Both the position numbers and the translations under genes were made by a program. From NCBI RefSeq assembly GCF_009914755.1, contig NC_060942.1: 64,000 nt of DNA. The stretch is one strand, 5' to 3'. This stretch comes from the human T2T-CHM13v2.0 reference genome, Homo sapiens. Below the pieces are notes generated by a model, which was not told the origin of the DNA, searched no databases, and saw only the letters and a list, made by a program, of their open reading frames with translations. This document shows positions 53,500-64,000 of this stretch, in pieces (position 1 is the stretch's first letter; every line of letters starts with the position of its first letter).

Positions 53500-53712
53500 C
53501 AGTAATTTTCAATCTATGGGGTACATAAGAATCACTGATTGTATGTTAGAATCTGTGCTACAGCTTCAGGCTTTTGGATCAGGTAGATCTGGGTGAAGCC
53601 TAGGCAATCTACAAGTGCCGAAATCTCCCTAATAGGCAATCTACAAGTGCCGAAATCTCCCTAACTTGTTCTAAAGGAGATAATCTGTAGGATTTACTAT
53701 AAGGAAATTGCT
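53500..53712. mobile_element. MER5-like hAT MITE
   Basis: GCAGTAATTTTCAATCT...CATAAGAATCAC...AGGTAGATCTGGGTGAAGCCTAGGCAATCT. Confidence 0.6.
53601..53664 (+). repeat. Perfect 32-bp tandem duplication
   Basis: TAGGCAATCTACAAGTGCCGAAATCTCCCTAA twice, identical. Confidence 0.97.
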
Positions 53713-54484
53713 AGAGAGTGATGAATACCAAATACAGCTGTATCTTTTAGATGTAACTATGTTTAAAGAGAAAGAGTGAAAAGAAGTGTGGGAGAAGGGA
53801 TTAGAGAAGAAAACATTAAAATTACTTAAGGAAAATCACAGTCGAAGAGCTATAAAAGCTAAGAAAAGAAGAGTTTAATAAATCTGTGTCGAGAAGAAGA
53901 GTTGGAAGTCTGTTTGATAGGAAGGACCTAAAGGGTAAAGCATGTTTAGAAGGAGCAAAGGAGTGTGAGCACTGCATACATGGGAAGTAATGAAATCATC
54001 TTTTGATACGAGTAGTCTGAACTTAGTTCTGAAACATGAAATGACATTTATCTGACCTTTTACAAGATATAAAAAATGTCAGTTGGAGGGACTATTTTCA
54101 GAGTTTAAAAAAGTAGTGATCTTATACAGTATAGTATCTTTGAAATGATCTTAAAATGTTAGTATTTCTTTTCTTTACGTACTGGTTTCTGACTAGCTGG
54201 ATGTCTCTTTTCATTTATAATTCTTTCAGCTGATGTGTTACGATTGTGCTTAAGTAATATTTCATTTTTCTGTTGGGTATATACTTACATTAAAATTGGA
54301 AATATTTTCTTTGTTCCTTTTGCGGTTGAATTTAGATAATTTGGAATTTTTTTACATTTTTCTATATGTCAAATATTTGTTATGTGAATGTAGATGATGA
54401 ACATCATTTATTCATGGTTAGAATATTCCCATGTTTAATAGAAATATGGAGTTTTTTATTTAAAGTCCTTAACAATAAGTAGAT

Positions 54485-54645
54485 AGCCAGACGTGGTGGC
54501 GTGCACCTGTAGTCCCAGCTACTTGCTACTTGGGAGTTTTGAGGCAGGGGAATCCCTTGAACCCGGGAGGCGGAGGTTGCAGTGAGCCGAGATCGTGTCA
54601 CTGCACTCCAGACTGGCAACAGAGCGAGACCCTGTTGTACTTAAA
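54485..54645 (+). mobile_element. Alu right monomer only (5'-truncated), TSD TAAGTAGATA
   Basis: GCCAGACGTGGTGGCG...AGAGCGAGACCCTG; TAAGTAGATA on both sides. Confidence 0.88.
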
Positions 54646-55086
54646 ATAAGTAAGTAGATAAGGTACTGCAAATGTGTGAAACAACTACCCTTGGCATTCG
54701 TATGACTGTGTTTTTGTCCTTATACAGCTTTTCTTACCGAACATGACGAAAGAACAACTATAAATTACCTAATAGAGATGTTTGTTTTTTATTGAAACCA
54801 CTGGGGCTGGCCTGTTTAATAAAAATAATATGAGGACTATATATTCCAAACAGAAGCAAAACAAAAAGCTTGATGAGTACACATGCCCTAAAAGAGCTAA
54901 TGTGACAAACAATGTATATTTTTCATTTGTCTTTTGCCCAGAGATAGGAGAGCAATAGTTTTTGGTCATGATTCTACCTACTTTGTTTTTTACTTGTTAC
55001 ATATCTAGCACAATTTGTTACATGTAGAACAAGAGTTATATCTAAAACATGTCTTCCATATATTACTATAAAAATGAGGGACTCCA

Positions 55087-55166
55087 CGGAGGTTGCAGTG
55101 AGCCGAGATTGCTCCACTGCACTCCAGCCTGGCCACAGAGTGAGACTCCGTCTCAAAAAGAAAAAA
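55087..55166 (+). mobile_element. Heavily 5'-truncated Alu (~80 bp) with perfect 17-bp TSD
   Basis: AAAAATGAGGGACTCCA at 55070-55086 and 55167-55183 flanking CGGAGGTTGCAGTGAGCC...CCGTCTCAAAAAG. Confidence 0.93.
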
Positions 55167-55339
55167 AAAAATGAGGGACTCCAACATCTATATATATTTT
55201 ATGTATTCCTTCCTTCTGTTTAATATTGTATGTTTTAAAGTTAGGATACATGTTAATATTGTATTCATAACAATTTCAGCAATTGAATATGCACACAATA
55301 GCAATCCATATCAATAGCTCACATGTATTAGTTAATATT

Positions 55340-55560
55340 TAAAGACACTGTTATGTATTTCATAGACATCAGTTAATTAATTATTATACTAAAACATGTC
55401 TGTGAAGTAGGTATTATTCTCACTTCACGAATGAAAAAAATGGGGATTTGATAACTTAAAAAAAAAGTTCAAGGTTTCCACCTCATAAGTGGAATAGCTA
55501 AGGTACAAACATAAATCTATTAAATTAGAGAGTTTATTGTCATGAAATTCTGTCTCCAAT
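55340..55560 (-). mobile_element. MIR
   Basis: CTGTGAAGTAGGTATTATTCTCACTTCACGAATGAAAAAAATGGGG...CAAGGTTTCCAC. Confidence 0.6.
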
Positions 55561-55874
55561 AATGTTATAGCAATATGTACTGGATTGGTGTTCAGGGAAT
55601 AATATGAAGAAAACTGCAAATGGTGTACATGATGTGATACAACTATTTAGTGCTAGGCACAGTGTAAGTCACTGAGAGGCAGCTTTGTGAAACTGAATGA
55701 ATTATTTCTTCACAAGTGATACTGAACCAACTTGGCCTACCTTTCTTCACCAAAAACAAAGAAACAAACAAAAAAAGGAAAACTTCAAAGATTACACAGA
55801 TGAATCCTATTATAAATAATAAGGTAAAGTGGGGAACCAGTGTTTATGTATGAGCAAAGTATAAGTTATTGAAT

Positions 55875-56525
55875 TAAATAATATATATGTTATAATATAT
55901 ATATGAATATATATATTATATATTCATATAATATATATGTTATAACATATATGTATATATAATATACATATATAATATATATGTATAATAATATATATGT
56001 TATAACATGTATAATAATATATATGTTATAACATGTATAATATATATGTTATAACATGTATAATAATATATATGTTATAACATGTATAATAATATATGTT
56101 ATAACATGTATAATAATATACATGTTATAACATGTATAATAATATATATGTTATAACATGTATAATAATATATATGTTATAACATGCATAATAATATATA
56201 TGTTATAACATGTATAATATATATGTTATAACATGCATAATAATATATATGTTAATATATATAAATTAAATAATATATGTTATTATATATGTTATATAAT
56301 TCTATATGAATTAAATAATATATACTATGTATTATTGCATTAAATAATATATATTATATATGTTATATATTATATGTTACATATTATAATATATATTATA
56401 TATGTAACATATAATATATATGTTACATATATATGTTACGTATATAATATATATGTTACATATAATATATATTATTACATGTATATATTATATTTGTTAT
56501 GTATAATAATATATAATACATAGGT
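55875..56525. repeat. AT-rich minisatellite/low-complexity block; 23-26 bp unit with palindromic core ATGTTATAACAT
   Basis: Ten GTTATAACATG cores between ~55999 and ~56235, embedded in TA-rich sequence. Confidence 0.95.
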
Positions 56526-59500
56526 ATGTTTACATGCATATGAATGCATACATACACACACATACAGAATGCAAAATACATCCAAAAATAGATACAAATA
56601 TCTCAATTCCAGATGATAGAAAAATATCTAAACCTCAGATGTGTTAAGTTACTTGGAGCCAGCATTTGGGTGAACTGATGGTGAATGGAAGGCAGGTAGG
56701 AGTTGTGGGTGCAGCACCTTCAAATCTTGCACGTAAATGCAGTGTTAAAATATTTTATGGAGTAATAGACTTGTATTTCACATTTTCACACTATTTATAA
56801 TTTGTGTAATGTAAACTTTTCTTTTTTCCATAAGCAAAAATTATTTAAGCTTGCTGTTTACTATATAAAATTATGTGTTGAATGTTTGTTTACTTGTGAT
56901 TGTGTGTTTTTCAACTGCATATCTAATCTCACAAAAATTAAAACAGCTTTGAGATCAAATAAAAATTCTGACTTTCAAATGGCACTACCTTTGGGTATTG
57001 GTGTATTAAGGGAAAATAACATTGAACTATTTTTTATGAAAAAAAGAAAAATAGCAATTTAATAATGAATGTGGACTTTTTTTGTAGTTTCCTAGTGAGA
57101 ATTCAGACAGTGGAAATGATAATAGAAAATCACCCTTTGACCTGAATCATGCTAGGAAAAAAAATGATTAGAAAATATTTTCTCATGTTATTTCCACAGT
57201 ATTAATTTCATTAATCAATACACTATACTAAATTTTTAGTAATGACACTGGATGTTTTAGGAAAATAATAAGAGGGTGATGCTTTTCTAACATTTTTCTG
57301 AACATAAAAATAAAAACATGATGTTTATAGAAGTAAGAGAATTAAAATGTTTATAATAGCAAAATAAATTTAAAAATGTGTAATTTCTAAAATCACTTTA
57401 TTTTTTTACAAATATTTACTTTAAATAATGTATTGTAGTAAAAAAAAATTACCCTTAGAATATATGTGCGTGTGTGTTTGTGTATTTATACACACTTTCG
57501 TCAGTAATGAATGGGACAGGCACCACAATATCAAAGGTATGTAGTGATGCTACAGTTTATTCAATTTTGCTAGGGTCCCATAACACTTTTAATAATATTA
57601 TCATAGACAAAAGTTGACACTGCATTTAAAGTTAAAAGCAAATGCCATCCACATACTTGAACAAATGAAATAATTTAATTCCTATAAAATTACTCCTATT
57701 CGAGTACATTCTAAAGTTTGGATCATTAGAGAAACAGGGAAGGGAGGTTATTAAATACACAACTTCATGAACTGACAAAAGAAAATGATACGAAGTTATT
57801 TGCAATGTTTTAAATTTTAGAGTCAGATTTTCCAAATCATTCTGATGATTTCATTGATTTAAAAAGTTGGGATTTTTTCTTATTGATAAAATTATGTCAG
57901 TTTTGACACATCTTGTGTTATTGTGTATGTGACATAAATCAAAGGAAAGGATTCAAGTGCCTAACAGGAAAAAAGAAGAATATTAGAAGTCATAAAACAA
58001 GTTCTACTCACAGCTCTGCTATTGTTTAATAGATCATCTGGAATAAATCTTTAATCATTCTTTATTATTTTGCATTGCTGGGTGATTGAATGAAGGTACA
58101 GAACTAGAGGTCCTCTCTAGTCTAGTCCTTCCTATGTCTCAGTACTACAAATCTATATCGTCACAGCTGGCTCATGATAACTAGAAGTTAGAACCCAGTT
58201 ATTTGAAATCTTAATGAAAATTGAAATAGGATTATTGTAAGCACTCTATTTCTCCTTACTAACTGGCATAGAAAAATAATGAATTATTGTCAAAAATAAT
58301 AAAGTTGCCTACAAATATTACATAGGAATGTAACTGCTGGGGGTTTCTCTTACTGCTATAAATTAACTGAAATAAATGTTACATGCCAAAAGATATTCAC
58401 TAAAACTTTATTGATAAGAGCCAAACAAGGAACTTGTATGGCTCTAAAAATCCAGTGATATGAATGGGTTTTAATGAATTAGGGTACTTCAGAATGTATT
58501 TTGTTACCATTAAAATAGTTAAAACTCTATATTAACAAACACATTGAATGACAATGTACTAAGTGACAAAATCAAAATATAAGATGATAATTGTACAATG
58601 ATAAACCTTTAAAATATATAAAAGAGGAATCAATATATTCCACATTAAATATTTAAACAGTAAAAATCCAGAACATCTTAGGAAATGGAAAATTTTGATA
58701 CTGTATATAGTAGATATGAAAATCCTAATATGTATAAATTAAACAATTGCATATTTTAGATCACAAGACTTTGAAATTAAAAAAGGAATTACCAAATTAT
58801 GACATACTGCACAGATGTATATCACAGTCTACCGCCTAGCGTTCTTTCAACTATTGTATCTTTCGTAGCCTCTCTTTCTAAAGTCACCTCACATATAACC
58901 CATACTAATATAAACTGTTTTATTCACTAAAACCAGGATAATGTAGACTTATGGTCATAGTAAGAAAAAATACCAATTTTACTCATCTGTGAAATTATTT
59001 AGTCATCACAAAATTCTCTAAATTTTGTTATTATGAGTAACTTGAGATTTGTGTGTGTACATGTATTTATTTTGTATTATATATGCATATGTTTATAAAT
59101 GCATTTTAAATTTTATGTAGCCTATTTTTCCATGTTCTATATGCTATATGTACATATTTGATAGACAACTAATGTATTAATATTATATAAAATAAAATTC
59201 TCTATATTTCTATAACCCCTCTCTGTTTTTCTCTATGCATTATAAATACATTCTATAAAGTGTATTTGTGTTTATGTATATTCCCATTAATAAACATTTA
59301 CTTAAAATCCTGTTTAATCCATTTAAGCCCTTTTGGTAGTCGTGATAGATACCATTGATGTTCACATTTTAAAGGCATGACAATTATGCCTCAAATATTC
59401 TTAGATTTCTTAGGCTCATGCTGTTAATAGGAACCAATACTTGTATCAGTGTGTGTCTAGCTCAGGACAATAACCCATTACACTTTATTCTTCTTTGCAG

Positions 59501-60657
59501 TGAGGCCCCTTAACAGTGCTGCCTCAAGGAGGTAATTCTTCCAAAGTATCTCTTACATATGAGGTTGTGCCATTGACTATATAAAATAAGGATATGAGAT
59601 AAAGAAATATTGCCAGTAGCCACATCTGATTTTATCAATCTGTTATTTAAGATTTAAAGTTAACATATTATTTTAGAATGGTGTTTTCACATATTTTATA
59701 CAAATATGTATTCTTGTTCAAATTGACTCTTACATACATTTTATTCCTTTTGGGGTTTTCATTTTATGATTATTATTTGTTTTTAAAATGTAGTCTCAAA
59801 AATAAGATGGCCTTTAGATTTCTAGCATAGGTAAATACATGAATTGAGTACATTTGATAAATTCCAATCAGGTTTCTGACATCCTTAAATTAGATAATCA
59901 CACCTCATGTCTAATATACTAAATTCTAGGAATTAAAAAAATATACACTAGATGTGTGTATATTTGATCTTTTTAAAATTTTTTTGTTATCATTAGATAA
60001 TATTAAAACAGAGATGAGAAATAATGCATGGCCAAGAGGAAAATACTATATTGAGTATGTGGAAAAAATGGACAAATGTTTAAAATTGCAGGATATTAAT
60101 TGAGTAGTATGAAAACCACAAACATACGTACAGGCTTCTTTTGCATAATAAGTTTAGAACATAATGGAGACATATGTTTCCTATAGGATGTGCTCACCTG
60201 CGCTCGAGTGTATACAATGTGCAAATGTTCTCAAAGTATTTGTTTGCTTAATCATTTTCTTCTTAAATTAGCCTATGAGTTTGGCAAAGTGCATTCACTT
60301 TGTTAAATTTTATTTTAAATATTTGCATTAGAAGATGACATTTAAAGTCATCCTGCAGAAAACTAATGTATGTTTCAGTTTATGAAAAAATTATATTTTG
60401 AAAATTATATCCCTAAACAAAAAAAATAGGAAAATTTTTCAACTATTTCATATCTCTTTGCTCATCTTACTAATTTAAAGTAATAATTGTGGTCTCATTT
60501 AAAGATCACGTAGAAAATATAAGCTAGGAAATAAGAAAGATATATTTAAAATTCCATGTTAAAAATCTATACCACTCTAGCAGCATGTAAAATTATGTGT
60601 TTTTAAACAGAAAATTTCTTTAAAATGCACAGACATGTACCTACATGCATATATATA

Positions 60658-61169
60658 TTTTGGGAGCAAGCCCCTGAAAATCTGGCCATAAACTGGCCCC
60701 AAAACTGGCCATAAACAACATCTCTGCAGCACTGTGACATGTTCATGATGGCCATAACGCCCAAGCTGGAAGTTTGTGGGTTTACTGGAATGAGGGCAAG
60801 GAACACCTGGCCCGCCCAGGGTGGAAAACCGCTTAAAGGCAATATTAAGCCACAAACAATAGCTTGAACGATTTATGCCTTAAGGGCGTGTTGCTACTGC
60901 AGTTAACTAGCCCAACCTATTCATTTAATTCGGCCCATCCCTTCGTTTCCCATAAGGGATACTTTTAGTTAATTTAATATCTATAGAAACAATGCTAATA
61001 ACTGGTTTGCTGTTAATAAATATGTGGGTAAATCTCTGTTCTGGCTCTCAGCTCCAAAGGCTGTGAGACCCCTGATTTCCCACTTCACACTTCTATATTT
61101 CTGTGTGTGTGTTTTTAATTCCTCTAGCACCCCTGGGTTAGGGTCTCCCCAACTGAGCTGTTCTCGGCA
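60658..61169 (+). mobile_element. MER9 solo LTR (HERV-K9/HML-3)
   Basis: TTGGGAGCAAGCCCC...TGGCCATAAACTGGCCCCAAAACTGGCCATAAAC...GTTAATAAA...GAGCTGTTCTCGGCA; 6-bp TSD TATATA/TATGTA. Confidence 0.92.
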
Positions 61170-61359
61170 TATGTACACGTGTGATATGATACAAATATCC
61201 AATAATGCATTTTAATAAATAATGATATAGGTACAGAGATTCAGATAAGATGGAGAGAACTGGAAACATATAGATAGATACAGGTATAGATGGAAAGAGA
61301 AGATAGAGCCACAGAGACAGAGGTGGAAAGAGTGTGTTTATGCACTTTCTAAAAGATGA

Positions 61360-62037
61360 CTTTGCAAGATTGATGTTTTGAAGGGTATCTCGAGGTTTTC
61401 TTCTAGAATTTATATAGCTTAAGGTTTCACATTTAATCTTTAATCCATTTTGAGTTAACTTTTGTATATAGTGAAAGATAAGGGTCTAACTTCATTCTTC
61501 TGCAAATGGCTAGACAGTTATCCCAGCACCATTTATTGAATAGGGAGTCATTTTCCCATTGCTTGGTTTTGTTGCCCTGGTCAAAGGGCAGATCATTGTA
61601 GGTGTGCAGCTTTATTTCTGAGTTTTCTATTCTGTTCCATTGTTTTTGAACTTGTACCATGCTCTTTTTGTTACTGTAGCCTTATGGTGTAGTTTGAATT
61701 CCAGTAGTGAGATGCCTCCAGCTTTGTTCTTTTTGCTTATGATTTCATTGGCTACTCAGGCTCCTTTTTTGTTCCACATGAATTTTATATTAGTTTTTTC
61801 TAATTCATGGAAGAATGACATTGGTAGTTTTGATAGGAATAATGTTGAATACGTAAATTGCTTTGGGGAGAATGGCCATTTTATTATTAATTCTTCTAAT
61901 CCATGAGCATGTGATGTTTTTCCATTTATTTCTGTTATCTTTGATTTATTTCAGCAGTGTTTTCCTTGTAGATATTTTTCACCTCCTCTGTTACCAGTAT
62001 TCCTAGGTATTTCATTTTCTTTGTGGCTATTATAAAT
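61360..62037 (-). mobile_element. L1PB ORF2 fragment (inverted 5' part)
   Basis: Minus [13 protein letters not shown]...[24 protein letters not shown]; abuts a plus-strand L1PB 3' end. Confidence 0.9.
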
Positions 62038-62214
62038 AATCCTAAGCAAATTAATGCAAGGAACAGAAAACCAAATACCACGTGTTCTCACTTATAAGTG
62101 GGAGGTGAACATTGAGTACATATGGTCATAAATATGGAAACAATAGACACTGCGAACTACTAAAGGATGGAGCTAGGAAGAGGGGTGGGGGTGGAAAAAC
62201 TACCTGTTGGGTAC

Positions 62215-63590
62215 TGTATTGGTCCATTCTCACATCGCTATAAAGATACTACCTGAGACCGGGTAATTTATAAAGAAAAGAGGTTTAATTGACTCACAGT
62301 TCTACATGGCTTGGGAGGCCTCAGGAAACTTACAATCATAGTGGAAGACGAAGGGGAAGCAAGGACCTTCTTCACATGGCAGCAGGAGAGAGAAACAAGG
62401 AGCAAAAGAGGAAGACCCCTTATAAAACCATCAGCACTCGTGAGAACTCACTCACTATCATGAGAACAGCATGAGGGAAACTGTTCCCATGATCCAATCA
62501 CCTCCCACCGGATCCCTCCCTTGACACACTGGGGTTATGAGAATTACAATTCAAGATGAGATTTGGGGTAGGGACACAGCCAAACCATATCACTCTGCCC
62601 CAGCCCCTCCCAAATCTCATGTCCTCATGTTTCAAAACACAATTATGCCTTCCCAACAGTTCTCCAAAGTCTTAACTCATTCCAGCCCAAAGGTCTAAGT
62701 CACAAGTCTCATCTAAAACAAGGCAAGTCCCTTCTACCTATGAGCCTGTGTATTATTCTGTTTTCACATGCTGAGATAGACATCCCAGAGACTGGTCCAT
62801 TTACAAAAGAAAGAGGTTTAATTGGACTTACAGTTCCACATGCCTGGGGAAGCCTCACAGTCATGGCAGAAGACAAGGAGGAGCAAGTCATGTCTTACAT
62901 GGATGGCAGCAGGCAAAGAGAGAGATTGGGCAGGGAAACTCCCCTTTATAATACCAGCAGCTCTCATGAGACTTATTCACTATCACAAGAACAGCATGGG
63001 AAAGACCTGCCCCCATGATTCAATTACCTCCCACCAGGTCCCTCCCACAACACATGGGAATTCAAGATGGGATTTTGGTGGGCACACAGCCAAACCACAT
63101 CGGCCTGCAAAATTAAAAGCAAATTAGTTACTTCCAAGATACAATGGGTATACAGGCACTGGATAAATGCTCCCATTCTAAATAAAAGAAATTGGCCAAA
63201 CCTAAGGGACTACAGGCCCCCTGAAAGTCCAAAATCCAGCAGGGCAGTCATTAAGTCTTAAAGCTGTTAAATAATCTTCTTTGAATCCGTGTCTCATATA
63301 CAAGCAGTGTTGATGCAAAGTGGTGGGCTCTCATGGTCTTGGATAGTTCCACCCCTGTGGCTTTGCAGGTTACACTCCCCCTCCCAGCTGCCTTCACAGG
63401 CTGGCATTGTGTGTCTGTGGCTTTTCCAGGCACACAGTGCAAACTGTCAATGGATCTAGCATTCTGGGGTCTGGAGGGCTGTGGCCTTCATCTCACAGCT
63501 CCACTAGGCAGTACCCCAGTGGGGGCTGTGTGGGGGCTCTGACCCCACATTTCCCTTACACACTGTTCTAGCAGAGGTTCTCCAGGAAGA
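62215..63590 (-). mobile_element. THE1D-like LTR (62215-62592) plus partial internal region; second LTR absent
   Basis: TGTATTGGTCCATTCTCAC...CCAAACCATATCA followed by CTCTGCCCCAGCCCCTCCCAAATCTCATGTCC internal end; stops at CTAGCAGAGGTTCTCCAGGAAGA. Confidence 0.88.
62749..63102 (-). mobile_element. THE1B-like solo LTR nested in THE1 internal region, perfect TSD GCCTG
   Basis: TGTATTATTCTGTTTTCAC...ATGGATGGCAGCAGGCAAAGAGAG...CCAAACCACATCG; GCCTG at 62744-62748 and 63103-63107. Confidence 0.92.
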
Positions 63591-64000
63591 GTACTATGCT
63601 CACTACCTGGGTCCAATTTGCCCATGTTACAATTCTATACATGTACCCCCTGTATCTAAATTATAAGCTAAAATTTAAAAATCCTTTATCAAATGCTTTT
63701 GGTACATAATCAAGTATAGCATACTATATATCATCTAGGAATATTGCATGTTATATACATTTTGTTAAAGATTATTTATATTCCTATGAATTATATCTTT
63801 ATTTTGTCATTTATGGCCTGAAAAACACACTGGACCAATTTAACTAAAAATTGTAAATTGTGGCCATTTGTGTTTCTATGAGTATGCAACACATGAACAT
63901 GTATATCCATGCACACAATACATAATAAAGGTGATTTTTGTTTCATGTAAAATAAAAAGGATGATCTATACCATATTTTAGGGAAGTTGAGTTCAATTAA

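Larger units (their letters stand above)
62038..63682 (+). mobile_element. L1PB 3' end, split by THE1 insertion (62038-62214 and 63591-63682)
   Basis: ATCCTAAGCAAATTAATGC...AAAAACTACCTGTTGGGTAC | GTACTATGCTCACTACCTGGG...CATGTACCCCCTGTATCTAAA. Confidence 0.9.

Noticed and set aside
55990-56250. Regularly spaced palindromic repeats as a CRISPR-like array
   Set aside because: No unique spacers, only TA-slippage variants; primate DNA with no cas genes.

Overview
AT-rich, repeat-dense primate genomic DNA (AluJ/S/Y, L1PA/PB, THE1 and MER9 point to a catarrhine, probably human-like). It is intergenic or deep intronic. I can support no protein-coding exon, tRNA, rRNA or CRISPR array. The ORF-track entries are chance frames or decayed fragments of L1 ORF2, Tigger transposases, MaLR internal ORF and Alu. 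The window is a stack of fossil mobile elements: old and mid-age L1s, L2/MIR, about ten Alu-family copies, ERVL (HERVL40-like/LTR40, MLT2A), MaLR (MLT1, a two-LTR MSTB provirus, MSTA, nested THE1D/THE1B), an HML-3 MER9 solo LTR, and two near full-length Tigger DNA transposons. The most notable observations are: (i) a ~0.8 kb inversion-with-deletion at ~4071-4863, reconstructed from three broken elements and carrying a fold-back at one junction; (ii) an unexplained ~165 bp insertion with a degenerate TSD inside an L1MC 3' end; (iii) a unique CpG-retaining segment near 27 kb with TATA, HNF4-like, HNF1-like and AP-1 motifs; (iv) a palindromic AT-rich minisatellite at ~56 kb. Repeat family and subfamily names come from my recall of consensus sequences, not from a database search. 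I did not find a clear new biological system.
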